Positions 41,850 to 53,658 of a stretch of 64,000 nt of DNA are shown here, piece by piece (the stretch's first letter is position 1; every line of letters starts with the position of its first letter). Below the pieces are notes generated by a model that was not told the origin of the DNA, ran no database searches, and saw only the letters and a program-made list of their open reading frames with translations. The translations under genes were made by a program, and so were the position numbers. Source of the stretch: Alphaproteobacteria bacterium (GTDB lineage Bacteria; Pseudomonadota; Alphaproteobacteria; UBA8317); assembly GCA_038131935.1 (NCBI GenBank), contig JAYPQH010000030.1:1-64000 (forward strand), in the 5' to 3' direction.

Positions 41850-43086
41850 ATGGCCACAAATTCCAAACCCCTAGAAGGGCTGACAATCGTTGAAATCTCC
41901 GCCTTTATTGCAGCGCCCTATGCAGGGCTTCATTTGGCGCAATTGGGAGCAGAGGTCATACGTATTGATCCCATAGGGGGAGGCTTGGATTTTAATCGTT
42001 GGCCCATCACCAAAGATGGACGTTCTCTTTATTGGTCATCCCTAAATATGGGTAAAAAATCTCTTAGTCTTAATATGAAAGACCCAAAGGCCCAAGATAT
42101 CGTGCGGGATCTTCTCGCGCAGAAGGGGCAAGGACAAGGCATGGTCATCACAAATTTGGGCGCTCGTGGATGGATGTCATATGAAGCTCTTTGTGCGGTG
42201 AGACCTGATTTGATCATGGTTCAAATTTTGGGCAACAGAGATGGTAGTGTTGCCCTAGATTACACGGTAAATGCACGGGTAGGGTACCCTTGGTTGACGG
42301 GCCCAGCTGAGGCAAACGACCAACCCGTGAACCATGTGATGCCAATGTGGGATGTCGTCACTGGCATGCTGGCGGCCAATGCGTTGTTGGTTGCGCTGAG
42401 AAATCGAGAAAGCAATGGCCAGGGCCAGCTCATAAAAATTCCCCTTGCTGACGCAGCAATGTCTGTGGTCAGCAATCTAGGGTTGATGGCAGAAGTCATG
42501 GTCAATGATGAGGAGCGTCCTCGGTTGGGCAATCATGTTTATGGTACTTTTGGATGTAACTTCGCGACTGCTGATGGTCGTCAAGTCATGATTACAGCCT
42601 TCACAGCAAGGCATTGACTGCATTGGTAGCCGCCAAACAAAGAACAGATGCAAGCTCTTGCCGCATCACATGGGTGTGGACTTAAAGAAAGAAGAAAACA
42701 GATATCTTTTACGCGATGATATAGAGAAAATTTTACAACCATGGTTTGCCCAAAGAAGTTTGGAGGCTATTGGTGCACTCTTAGACGAGCACCAAGCCTG
42801 TTGGGGACCATACCAAACAGTGCGACAGCTTGTTGATGAAGACCCATATGCTTCATTGGAGAACCCAATGTTTCAGCTGGTTGATCAGCCCCATATTGGT
42901 TCATACAGGGTCGCAGGATCGCCCTTGGATTTCTCAAAACATCAGCGCGTTGCGCCAACAGCGAGTCCGACCCTTGGGGGTGATAACAAAGATATTCTTA
43001 TCAACCGTTTGGGTGTTTCGGAAGATGATTTCCACGCTTTGGTCGCTGAGGGTTTGGGGAGCGGGTTGCTGAATAACGTTTCATAA
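41850..43086 (+). CDS. Family III CoA-transferase, mesaconyl-CoA C1-C4 transferase (Mct)-like (disrupted near 42615-42660)
   Basis: SAFIAAP..G..LAQLGAEVIRIDPIGGGLD..RWP, DYTVN, PVNHV.P.WD, R.GN..YG.FG..F.T.DG. Confidence 0.75.
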
Positions 43087-43122
43087 TGTTGCACACTTGT
43101 TCTTTGGTGGGCTACCTAATCT

Positions 43123-43392
43123 TTGAACGATCTTAGTTTGGGTCGAGGTCGAAGGGCATGGGTCGTAAATAAAGCAGACGAGCAGCCGGCATTGGAGTTG
43201 GTTGATCAAAGAAGTGAAATCATCGAGATGGCGTTGTCTGATAAGGTCACCTTTGCCGACATTTATCATCAATATGGGTTGCGTGAAGATGAAGTGAAAG
43301 AGGTCATGCGCCGCAGTTTGAAGTCGGGAAGTTATCGTGCCTGGCGAAAAAGAGTTGGACGGTTTCGTTCCACCAGGGCTTCATATAAATAA
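43123..43392 (+). CDS. TIGR03643/DUF2805 family protein
   Basis: IIEMALSD...F..I...YGL.E.EV..VMRRSLK..SY..WRKRV; start codon uncertain. Confidence 0.8.
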   Translation: MNDLSLGRGRRAWVVNKADEQPALELVDQRSEIIEMALSDKVTFADIYHQYGLREDEVKEVMRRSLKSGSYRAWRKRVGRFRSTRASYK

Positions 43393-43516
43393 AAATGGTT
43401 AAACAGATACGCGCTTAAGCTTGTCCCATTGTCTCGTCTGTCCCCGTCAATCTGTTTGGTCATGCAAAATCATGCACCAATTTGGCCATTTGTATTGAAC
43501 AAGTAATGGGTTGATT

Positions 43517-44160
43517 TCAGTCCTTAATGGTATCCTTATGGGGGTCATTTTGGGGAAGAATATCTTTAATATAAGACCTTGTTTTCCACTCCGGTGGAGG
43601 AGGTGAAGGGTTCTCCTCACTAGGCACATGGACAGAGATGGGTCCTGTCTGAAGCGTTGGAAGATAACGAGGGCAATTTGGAAAAAATGTTCCCGTGATG
43701 CGCACAACTGCTTTGGCGCCATGATGTCGCGAGAGATGATGTTGATCTGTAAAAATTCTTGCGGTCCCTTTGATGCGTAGCTTCGTTCCTGGCTCAGTTA
43801 CATTAATAAACAACAGTCCAACATGATGGTTTTTTCGCGATATTGCCCAAGGTGCGGTACATCAGTGCCATCATATTCAGGATATTCAATGGATGTATCA
43901 TCGATGATTTTTACAAATCCTGGTGCCCCTGCCTTGATGGAGCAGTCAACATGATCTGCAAAACTGGTGGCGATGAAGAAAAAAGGTGATGATGATATCA
44001 ACGCTTTATCTTGCTCCCATAGCTTGTGATGGACGCGATGCTTGGCTATGGCGTCCGCTACCCTTGTGCCATCAAAACCTTCTTGAAAGCCCCGCATCCC
44101 CTCGTGGAAAAAATCGTTTGCCATATCCCCATTCACCTCACTGATCATTACCTGTGTCAT
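43517..44160 (-). CDS. Pyridoxamine 5'-phosphate oxidase-like FMN-binding protein (frameshifted)
   Basis: FFFIAT...DCS.K.G.PGFV, P.YDG, LRI.G.A, FPNCPRY. Confidence 0.85.
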
Positions 44161-44355
44161 GTCACATTTTTAAAAAACCTACAGGCTTCATCAAAAATAT
44201 TTTGTCACCAAATATACCCTACCCATTGCGATCATGGTCTGCGCATTAAGTTGTTTCAAATCTTCTCAATACCTTTGTTTTTGTAGGCGTATGGGATGCT
44301 CGGTTGCTGAGGGTCCCTGCGGTATCTTCATGTTGATGGTATCATATCAACTGAG

Positions 44356-45213
44356 TTATTTGATAATGAATATGGGTACTTTGCATGAACGGATCATGGC
44401 TGTGGTTGTGGAACCAATGATCAAATTGCGGATGCGGCTATGCCCATAGGCACCCATCATAAGAAGTTGTTGGGGCTTTGCATCTGTCATGGTTGCAAGG
44501 ACGTTTTCAGGTTCACCATCTTGCAGGTGAATGCCCGTTATGTAACCCGCATTCTCCAATTGTTGACAGGCATTCCTCATCAATCCATCAACCCAATCTG
44601 ATCTGTGGCCAACATAAACAAGCGTGATCTTATGTTTGTTAAAAGATGGATTATGTACCAGATAATCAAGAATTTTTTGAGATGAAGTTCCACCGTCATA
44701 TGCGATGAGAAGATCATCAAAAGGCTGAAAGGCCCTATTGGCTACAAACACTGGTCTGTGACTTGCCCGAACAATACGCTCGAGATTGGATCCTATATGA
44801 TCCATAGCCTTGCTGGCATCAACCCCACGTTTGCCTAGGACGATGATGTCGCCTTGGGTCTCTTCTTTGATCACGCTTTCAACCAACTCACCTTGGCGTA
44901 ATCGGGTTTCTACGTCTGAAACCCCTTGGGAGGTGAGGATGTCACGGGCATCGTCCAAAATCGCACGTCCCTGAGCATTTGCAAGTTTTGCTTGTGCCTC
45001 ATCCAAACGGGTCAATTGTTCCAATAAAGCCGTTCGTGCGCCGAGTTTTATAGCCCCACTGAGGTCCTGGTTTGTCTGGGAATTGGTTTTGGCAACAACA
45101 TGATAGAGGCGGACGGCATGATGTTGTTTGCGGGCCAAAAAAGCAGCGTAATAGCATACACTTTCCGCGTAGCTTGAGCTATCCACCAACGCAATCAATC
45201 TGTTGGTCTGCAT
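44356..45213 (-). CDS. Tandem-domain universal stress protein
   Basis: VLGKRG...GSNLERIVR, MGAYGHSRIR.LIIGSTT. Confidence 0.92.
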   Translation of the reverse strand: MQTNRLIALVDSSSYAESVCYYAAFLARKQHHAVRLYHVVAKTNSQTNQDLSGAIKLGARTALLEQLTRLDEAQAKLANAQGRAILDDARDILTSQGVSDVETRLRQGELVESVIKEETQGDIIVLGKRGVDASKAMDHIGSNLERIVRASHRPVFVANRAFQPFDDLLIAYDGGTSSQKILDYLVHNPSFNKHKITLVYVGHRSDWVDGLMRNACQQLENAGYITGIHLQDGEPENVLATMTDAKPQQLLMMGAYGHSRIRNLIIGSTTTAMIRSCKVPIFIIK

Positions 45214-45225
45214 AGGTTTCTCCCC

Positions 45226-46718
45226 TTAATGATCCATCAATTTATCAAGTCCGCCTTGTTTGTCATGTAGCGCAAGGCGATCGACAATGGTTTCAGATGC
45301 CTCATTGAGGCCAATGATCTCCACTTCAGCCCCCTCACGGCGGAATTTGAGTACGGCCATATCCAGGGCCGTGACGGAAGAAATATCCCAAATATGAGCA
45401 CGACTCAGATCAATCGTGACATGTTCGAGGGCTTCTTTAAAGTCAAATGAGGCCATAAAGGTCTCAGATGAGGCAAAAAATAATTGCCCTACGATCGTGT
45501 AGGTTCGGTGTAGGCCATCGGGGGTGATTTCTGATTTTACGTGAAAAAGTTGAGAAATTTTCCACGCAAAGAAAATCCCTGATAGAAGTACACCCACCAG
45601 CACACCAATGGCCAAATTATGGGTGGTGATAACAAAAAAGACGGTGGCAAGCATGACGATGGATGATGATTTAGGATGTTCCCGAAGATTTTTGATAGAT
45701 GACCAAGAAAATGTTCCAATGGAAACCATGATCATGATCGCCACCAAGGCAGCCATGGGAATAACAGCCACCATATCGCCCATCACCACCACCAAAATCA
45801 GAAGAAGAACACCAGCTGGTAAAGGATGATAACCGTCCGCGACCACCTGATTTAACGTTGATGATGGATTGGCCAATCATTGCACAACCTGCCATGCCAC
45901 CAAGAAACCCTGTGAGGGTATTTGCCATGCCTTGCCCTATGCATTCGAGGTTTTTTTGTGAACTGGTGTCGGTTAATTCATCAACGATTTGTTGCGTCAT
46001 CAAACTCTCGAGAAGTCCCACCACAGCGACGGCCACCGCATAAGGGAAAATAATGGTGAGTGTTTCTAGCGTAAGAGGTATCTCTGGGATCAAAAATACC
46101 GGCAAGCTGTCTGGAAGGTCCCCCATATCCCCAACAGTTCGGACATCCAAATCCAGTCCCAAACATAAAATGGTCAAAACAATGATTGTAATTAAAGGTG
46201 AGGGAATGGACCGGGTAAGTAAGGGAAACAAGTAGATGATACCCAAACCCAAGGCAACCAAAAGATAGGTCAGGGGTAGGGACTTTCTGGGGATCAAGCT
46301 CAGGCAACTGTGCGAGGAAAATAAGTATGGCAAGTGCATTCACGAAACCTGTCATCACAGATTTGGAAACAAATCGCATCACGTAGCCAAGGTTTGCGAT
46401 GCCTGCACCAATCTGTAGTAAGCCTGCAAGAACCGTGGTCGCAAGAAGATATTGAAGTCCATAATCACGGACCAATGTCACCATCAACACGGCGGTTGCT
46501 GCCGTCGCAGCAGAGATCATACCAGGTCGGCCACCTGCGATGGCTGTGACAACAGCAATCGAGAATGAGGCATAAAGACCAATTTTAGGGTCCACGCCTG
46601 CAATGATGGAAAAAGCAATGGCTTCGGGAATAAGGGCGAGGGCAACAACCAATCCTGAGAGTAAGTCGCCTCGGATATTATGAAACCATTGTTGGGAATA
46701 TTGATGAGAAGAATACAT
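45226..46718 (-). CDS. SulP-family anion transporter with STAS domain (two frameshifts)
   Basis: [46 protein letters not shown]. Confidence 0.9.
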
Positions 46719-46909
46719 AACACTTTTCTGGACTGAAGGGCATAAATAAGGCAGGCTTTTGGAGTTTTGTTCGCCTGGTATGAAGGGGATGTAGCATAAT
46801 GCGCAAGAAAATCATCAACCCATCCCAAAATAGCTGGGCGTAGCAAGTCAGAAATTATGTTATGGGTCATAAATACCACCAGCTTATGGTGAAGAGTTGA
46901 GAGGCTGAG

Positions 46910-47925
46910 ATGCATCAAAATCGGCAATGGGTGTTGGACAAATATCCAGAAGGTAGCGTTCTTCCAACAGTTTGGCGCCTTCAAGAGACAGTCGTTCCAG
47001 AACTTGGTGCACGTGAGATTCTGGTCCAAACAAAATGGCTCTCCATGGATCCCTACATGCGTGGTCGTATGAGTGCTCATGCCAACTACACATCGGGTGT
47101 GGGCCTTGGTGAGGTCATGCATGGGGGTGGTGTTGCCCAGGTGATCGCCTCACGCCATCCAGATTGGAAAGAAGGAGATTTGGTTGAGACCATGGGGTTG
47201 GGATGGCAAGAATATGCCATATTGACCCCTGATGTGCGCGGACCTATGGCCTGTCACACCATTCCGAAAGATGTTCCTCCCCAAGCAAGTCTCTCTTGGT
47301 TGGGTATGCCTGGTCTTACAGCCTATGTGGGGCTGACACAGCTTGCCCGACCCTTGCCTGGTGACACCGTTGTGGTTTCGGCAGCATCTGGGGCTGTGGG
47401 GCAAGTGGCAGGTCAGATAGCAAAATTGATGGGTGCGCATGTCATTGCTATTGCTGGTCATGAAGATAAATGTGCTTGGTGCCGCGAAATTGGTTATGAT
47501 GCCACCATTAATTACCGTACCTGCACAGATTGGTCTGAAACATTTCAAAATCTTGCGCCATCAGGTGTTAATGTTTTCTTCGACAACACCGGTGGTTCTA
47601 TTCATGATGCTGTTCTGGCGCATTTGGCTCCTCATGCACAGGTCGTGATATGCGGGCGTATTGCGGTTTCGGACAAACAACCTCATGAAGATATAGGTTT
47701 GCGGGCTTCATCCCGCCTGATTGTGACCCGAGCCTCTTTACATGGTTTGGTTGTGTTTGATTGGTGGCATAAGCGTGATGAGGCCATGACCAAGTTGGCC
47801 CAATGGCATCGTGATGGACAATTACGGTTCAAAGAAGACATCGTCGAAGGTTTTGAGAATGCACCGAGGCTTTTTGTCGGATGATGAGAGGTGAGAACCA
47901 AGGTAAGCAGTTGGTCAAATTATAA
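46910..47925 (+). CDS. NADP-dependent alkenal/prostaglandin reductase-like oxidoreductase (3' frameshift)
   Basis: LSMDPYMRGRM, GMPGLTAY.G, VSAASGAVG; corrected tail MMRGENQGKQLVKL*. Confidence 0.9.
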
Positions 47926-47938
47926 GGATGTTAAGGTG

Positions 47939-48748
47939 ATGGGAAAAATATTTGATAGCAAACATGCCCAAGCTGGGGACCCGCGCTTCGTCCGAAAAAT
48001 GATCAGGCAACAAAAATATACTGGCCATACAGCAGGTTTGGCACCTGGGTTTTTGCAAGGAAATCTTATTGTTCTCCAAGGCGATTTGGCCATGGATTTC
48101 TTCCGCTATTGCCAACGAAACCCCAAGCCATGTCCTTTGGTTGGGGTATCGGATACAGGAAATCCTTTTCTATCAACCTTGGGAGTGGATATTGATATCC
48201 GAAGTGATATAGGCAGTTATCATGTCTATCGCGATGGAATCCACACAGATACCGTGCATGATATCTCTGACTTGTGGTGTGATGACATGGTTGCGTTCAT
48301 CATTGGTTGCTCCTTTACATTTGAGCAGGCTTTGGTTGAAGCGGGGATATCATTACGCCATTGGGAGGAAGACACGACGGTCTCCATGTACAAAACCAAT
48401 ATTCAAACGGTGCAAGCAGGAGATTTTGGCGGGGGCATGGTGGTGTCCATGCGGCCTATGTCCATGGCTGATGCCATACGTGCTTGTGCCATCACAGCAC
48501 GTTTCCCTCAAGGTCATGGTGCGCCGGTTCATATTGGTGACCCGGAAGCCATTGGTATTCGTAACATCCATCAACCTGATTTTGGTGAGCCCACACCTAT
48601 TCGTGCAAACGAAGTTCCAGTTTTCTGGGCATGTGGGGTGACACCACAGCATACTGCGTTACGCGCCAAGCCGCCTTTAATGATCAGTCATAAACCAGGA
48701 TCAATGTTGGTGACGGATATTCCCTCATATCAGCAAGAAAGCTGTTGA
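47939..48748 (+). CDS. DUF1445 putative hydro-lyase / D-glutamate cyclase family
   Basis: TAGLAPG..Q.N, CQRNPKPCPL, GCSFTFE, FWACGVTPQ, H.PG.M.VTD. Confidence 0.9.
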   Translation: MGKIFDSKHAQAGDPRFVRKMIRQQKYTGHTAGLAPGFLQGNLIVLQGDLAMDFFRYCQRNPKPCPLVGVSDTGNPFLSTLGVDIDIRSDIGSYHVYRDGIHTDTVHDISDLWCDDMVAFIIGCSFTFEQALVEAGISLRHWEEDTTVSMYKTNIQTVQAGDFGGGMVVSMRPMSMADAIRACAITARFPQGHGAPVHIGDPEAIGIRNIHQPDFGEPTPIRANEVPVFWACGVTPQHTALRAKPPLMISHKPGSMLVTDIPSYQQESC

Positions 48749-48770
48749 GCAGATAACAAAGATTTTTGAT

Positions 48771-49628
48771 TTACATAGCTTCCTGCCAAGCCACACAAGC
48801 AGAAGATGCAACAAAATAAGGATTCCTCCAAGAAGGGCCTCCATAACGCAACTCTCCCTGGCCATCGACATGGGACACGAAACCACCAGCTGCATTAACA
48901 ATGGCATGAGCTGCGGCGGTATCCCATTGCATGGTTGGGGCAAATCGTGGGTAAATGTCGGCTTGCCCAGCTGCAATCATACAAAATTTCAAAGATGAAC
49001 CATAACTTTTGATATGTTGTGCATGAAGCTGAGTCAGTAGTTTGTGGGTTTGTGGATCACGGTGAGAACGTGAGCCCACGGCAATTAAGCCCGTCTCCGC
49101 AATTTGATGATCATCACGGCATGTGATGATTTGCGCTTGTGTCATTCCTGAGAGGATTACATCATCTGATGCACGCCAGTCAGGAGGCAAAATTTCTCGG
49201 GTGGCTTTGCCATCGCTTGTTGTTAAGAACAATTCTCGCCATGCAGGAACGAACACACAGCCTACAAGGGGTTTCCCCTCCTTAACAAAACCAAGGTTAA
49301 CGGTGAATTCATCCCGACGGTTGATAAATTCTTTGGTGCCATCCAAAGGGTCAATTAAGACGAATTCATCTGGAAGATGAAGGGGAACGTCCTCGAGGCG
49401 CTCCTCACTGACTTGGCATAAGTTGGGAAGGTTTGCATGCAAAAGATCACGGATGATCTCATCGGCACGATGATCAGCCATGGTTACGGGGGAGCCATCC
49501 GTTTTCATATGAATGTTCATAGATGTCTGTTCATAGATCTCCATGATGGCACGTCCGGCCAAAATTGCAGCCTGACGAAATAATGGGGCCAAAATTGCAA
49601 GGTCGTGAGGCTGGGTCGTTGATGTCAT
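48771..49628 (-). CDS. cysQ: 3'(2'),5'-bisphosphate nucleotidase
   Basis: K.DGSPVT.AD, IDPLDGTKEF, SRSH, GSSLKFC, YPRF.PTMQWDTAA. Confidence 0.92.
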   Translation of the reverse strand: MTSTTQPHDLAILAPLFRQAAILAGRAIMEIYEQTSMNIHMKTDGSPVTMADHRADEIIRDLLHANLPNLCQVSEERLEDVPLHLPDEFVLIDPLDGTKEFINRRDEFTVNLGFVKEGKPLVGCVFVPAWRELFLTTSDGKATREILPPDWRASDDVILSGMTQAQIITCRDDHQIAETGLIAVGSRSHRDPQTHKLLTQLHAQHIKSYGSSLKFCMIAAGQADIYPRFAPTMQWDTAAAHAIVNAAGGFVSHVDGQGELRYGGPSWRNPYFVASSACVAWQEAM

Positions 49629-49868
49629 GATGAAAATCTCTTTACAGCTTTGCCCATATTTATCTCGGGCGATTGGTTATCCTGCTTCTTAACCAAGCCA
49701 AAAACGAAAAACAAACATCTATCCTAGGGGTTGGTTTTTTGCACATGAACCATCAACGTCAAATATTTGGCATTGTTTTTGCTCTCACGACCTAAAAGAA
49801 AGGGTCTTGCGAAAATCCGCTTGAGAAATGGTGGTATTTTCGTCGTTGGTTTTTTTAAGGGGGATGCG

Positions 49869-51207
49869 ATGTCAACCACAGCGCTAGCCGGTTTGCAAGC
49901 GGCGCAAAAGCATATCAGTGCGGCAAGCAATAATATTGCAAACGCCTCATCAATTGGTTTTAAGAAATCGTCTGCCAATTTTGCTGATATTGTAAAGTCA
50001 TCATCTCCCGAAACAGCAGGCATCAGCCCGTCTGGGTTGGGGACAAGAAGCTTGAATGTGCGTGAAGACTTTACCCAAGGCCCCATCAAAGCTACGGGTC
50101 GTTCGTTGGATGTGGCTGTGGTTGGTGAAGGCTTCTTGATCAAAAGCACCACAGCTGGTGATGCAGATAAACTTAAGTTGACGCGAGATGGACGCCTTAG
50201 CTTGGATGATCAGGGCTGTCTGGTTGATGGCCAAGGATGTTTTGTGCTTGGCGCCGATTTGCAAAAACTCACCATCGAAGGAAGTTTGACCCGGGAAACA
50301 ACAAAGCTAACCTATGATGTTGATCCAAATGATTTGGATTTGTTGTTAGGCGGGTTTAACCCAAAGACGTCTCTTGTGGATCAGACCGTAAAAATTGGCC
50401 TGAGTAAGCTGAATGACGGGCAGTTTGCTGTTCAAAAAACAGAAGTCCCTGATTTGGCAAATGATGCGGTATCCATTGTGGGTACCACCGTATATAAAGG
50501 TGATGGGGTTACAGCTTTGCCCGTCGCACGACTTGATGAGAATTATGGCCCCACCACAGGGGCCTCACTAACGCTCTCTTTCCTTGATCCAACAATTCAA
50601 GCGACCGATGATGGCGTAAGTCCAGATAGCTCCGCGCCCGTATCAGAGCAAGCCGTTGGTTTTGAAATTGAAGATATGTTCTCCTTCCTAGGTTTGGTAT
50701 CTGTTGAGGCCAACATGGATAATGATCGTGCAACACTCCCTTTAGAGGGTATGATGACGATCACGGTTAATAACGAGACGGGAACACCGGCTGTGAGCGA
50801 GATTTATCCCCTTCGCGAGTTAAATCGTGAAGATGGACCTGCCCGTACCGTGGAGTTGTCCAACATAGAAATTTCACAGCAAGGTCTCATCAATGTTAGT
50901 TATGCCAATGGCTTGTTTGTGAAGCAGGTTGGACCCTTGGGAATCGCATACCTTCCCAATCCAGAAGAACTCCAAAAACTCTGGAATGGGTGATTATGCA
51001 CTCAGTGAAAAAACCCAAAATGTCCAAATCTTGGCAGCAGGTGTGGGGGGCAATACTGCAATCCAGCAAGGTGCGTTGGAACAGTCAAATATTGACTTAA
51101 CTACAGAATTAACGGGATTGATTTCTTCTCAAATGATGTTTCAAGCTACCGCCAAAACCTATCAAGCCACTGGTGAAATTATCAATAAAATCGCAGATAT
51201 TCGCTAA
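49869..51207 (+). CDS. flgE: Flagellar hook/basal-body rod protein, FlgE-like (frameshift near 50980)
   Basis: SNNIANASSIGFKKS, QGPIKATGRSLDVAV.GEGF, TRDG, GALEQSNIDL..EL..LI..Q..FQA.AK. Confidence 0.8.
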
Positions 51208-51259
51208 AAGCCTAGCTTGTCAGAGACGGTCATGAAATAGTTGCATCATAACCTTACCG

Positions 51260-51637
51260 ATGAGGAGCATGGTTGTGATAGATATCAGAGCATTACCTGA
51301 ACTTGTGCGTGATGATCCCTTTTTGGTCCATCGTGGGCGGCATGCACGCTTTCGTTTTTTACTTCACATAGGCCCAGAAGCATGGTGGATCGATGTTTGT
51401 GAAGGTTTTGTGGAGGTGTCCCCCAAAACACTCCCATCCCAAAGTGGAGACTTCTCTTTACGCGCGCATGAGGAAAGTTGGGCCAAACATTGGCAAACTG
51501 TACCTCCACGTGATTTTCATGATTTGTTTGCGATGTTGTCATCGGGACATTTAACAATGGAGGGGAACTTGCTCCCTTTGATGCAGAATTTGCAACTTGT
51601 AAAAGATATCATAGCAAAATTGAGGTCATCGTCATGA
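51260..51637 (+). CDS. SCP2-like small protein
   Basis: DFSLRA...W...W...PP..FHDLFAM...LTMEG.L.PLM; coupled to the next gene by an ATGA overlap. Confidence 0.6.
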   Translation: MRSMVVIDIRALPELVRDDPFLVHRGRHARFRFLLHIGPEAWWIDVCEGFVEVSPKTLPSQSGDFSLRAHEESWAKHWQTVPPRDFHDLFAMLSSGHLTMEGNLLPLMQNLQLVKDIIAKLRSSS

Positions 51638-52491
51638 ATGTCGTTTTTGAACCCATAAAAGGGCAATATTTCAACATGGATGTGGCTGGTCAGCAAATGC
51701 GTATCTATGTTGAACATGCAGGCTCTGGCATTCCTTTGGTATGTTTGCACACGGCTGGTTCAGATGGTCGGCAATTCCGTCATATTTTGAATGATAAGGA
51801 GATCACCGAACATTTTCAGGTTTGGGTTTTTGATTTGCCTTGGCATGGGAAGTCTAACCCACCTGAAGGTTTCGAACAGCAAGAATACAAACTGACAACC
51901 GATGGCTATAAAGAGATTATTTATGCCTTCTGTCAGCAACTAGGTTTGGATCGACCTGTCATGATGGGTTGCTCCATGGGCGGACGTATTGTGCTTCATT
52001 TGGCACTAGAAAATCCTGATATGTTCCGGGCGATGATTGCTTTGGAAGGCGCGGATCGTTTGCAACCTTATTACGATCTTGATTGGTTGCATCGGCCCGA
52101 TATCCATGGTGGTGAAATTCAAGCTGCCTTTGTATCGGCGCAAGTGGCCCCACAATCTCCGGACCGTTATCGCTATGAAACCCTTTGGCATTACAAACAA
52201 GGAGGTCCTGGTGTGTTTAAGGGGGATCTGTATTTTTATTGGCATGACGGACATTTTGATGACCGTTCCGTGTTGATTGATACAGATCGCTGCCCGGTGT
52301 ACCTGCTCAGCGGGGAATATGACAATTCATGCACGCCAGAACGTATGCTTGCCACAGCGGAGAGGATAAAAGGCTCAAAGGCAACAGTAATGCCCGGTAT
52401 GGGGCATTTCCCTATGTCTGAAAATCCAGAACTCTTCCGCACCTATCTTATGCCTATTTTACAAGAAATTTTAGCACAGGAGGCACCATAA
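51634..52491 (+). CDS. Alpha/beta hydrolase
   Basis: CLHTAG.D, DLPWHGKS, GCSMGG, GEYD, GHFPMSENP. Confidence 0.9.
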   Translation: MNVVFEPIKGQYFNMDVAGQQMRIYVEHAGSGIPLVCLHTAGSDGRQFRHILNDKEITEHFQVWVFDLPWHGKSNPPEGFEQQEYKLTTDGYKEIIYAFCQQLGLDRPVMMGCSMGGRIVLHLALENPDMFRAMIALEGADRLQPYYDLDWLHRPDIHGGEIQAAFVSAQVAPQSPDRYRYETLWHYKQGGPGVFKGDLYFYWHDGHFDDRSVLIDTDRCPVYLLSGEYDNSCTPERMLATAERIKGSKATVMPGMGHFPMSENPELFRTYLMPILQEILAQEAP

Positions 52492-52493
52492 AT

Positions 52494-53610
52494 ATGATGG
52501 TTACAGGATTTTTTTCTGACGAACGTTGTTTTTGGCATCATGGAGGCAATTACGCATTGACCATGCCTGTTGGAGGCTTTGTGCAACCCTTGGTGGCAGG
52601 AGGGTTGCCAGAAAGCCCTGAAACAAAACGGCGTTTGAAGAATTTACTCGAGGTATCTGGCCTGTTGCATGAACTGCAGGTTCAATCAGCAGAGCCTGTA
52701 TCATTTGAACAATTGGCGCGCGTTCACACCGAGAGCTATCTCAAGGCATTCAAAAGAAGTCAGATGAGGGGGCGGGGAACTTGGTCTTCGCACACCATTT
52801 GGCGCTGGAGGTTATGAGGTTTGTGCACTTGCTGCTGGTTTGGCCACAACAGCTCTTCATCAGGTGTTGAGTGGCAAGCTTGATAACGCTTATGCACTTA
52901 GCCGACCACCGGGACATCACGCCTTGCCAGATTTTCCAAATGGTTTTTGTTTGATCAATAATATTGCTGTGGCCATTGAAGAAGCTCGGCATCAAGGTCT
53001 TGCCAAGAAATTCGTGGTTCTAGATTGGGATGTTCATCATGGTAATGGCACAGAAGCAATCTTTTTCGATCGCCCAGATGTTCTGACGATTTCCATTCAC
53101 CAGGACCGAAATTATCCTATGGACACAGGTCAACCAGATGTTCGCGGGAAAGATGCAGGTCATGGATTTAATCTTAATCTGCCCCTACCACCAGGCGCTG
53201 GTCATTATGCCTACATGCAGGTCATGGAGCGGTTTGTCATCCCGCAAATTCAGTCTTTCCAGCCAGATGTTATACTTGTCGCTTGTGGGTTTGATGCATC
53301 AGCCATGGACCCTCTTTCACGAACCTTGGCAACCGCGGAAACTTTTGCACGTATGACAGCCATGGTCATGGATGTGGCCGAGCAAGTCTGCAATGGGCGG
53401 TTGGTTATGGTGCATGAAGGTGGGTATTCTGAAGCGCATGTTCCTTTTTGTGGCCATGCTGTTATCTCGCAATTGGCAAAGAGTCCTATCGACGTTCCTG
53501 ATCCTCTTGCAGAAACCTTGCGGCTTCGCCAGCCCGACCCAAGATTTGATCGGTTCGTCGATACATGGCTTGATGATATTGAAGCTGTTCTTGCCCCAGA
53601 AAAATCGTGA
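52494..53610 (+). CDS. Class II histone-deacetylase-family amidohydrolase (frameshift near 52770)
   Basis: RPPGHH, GFC, DWDVHHGNGT, G.DA...DPL, HEGGY. Confidence 0.9.
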
Positions 53611-53618
53611 TATGTTAT

Positions 53619-53651
53619 GGCCGATATCTTGGCTTGGACCAGATATCGGCC
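53619..53651. terminator. Stem-loop between convergent genes
   Basis: GGCCGATATCT-N11-AGATATCGGCC, perfect 11-bp arms. Confidence 0.65.
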
Positions 53652-53658
53652 GATGAAT

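Noticed and set aside
52494-53610. Eukaryote-derived histone deacetylase
   Set aside because: Class II HDAC-like amidohydrolases are common in Proteobacteria, and the gene sits in a normal bacterial operon.
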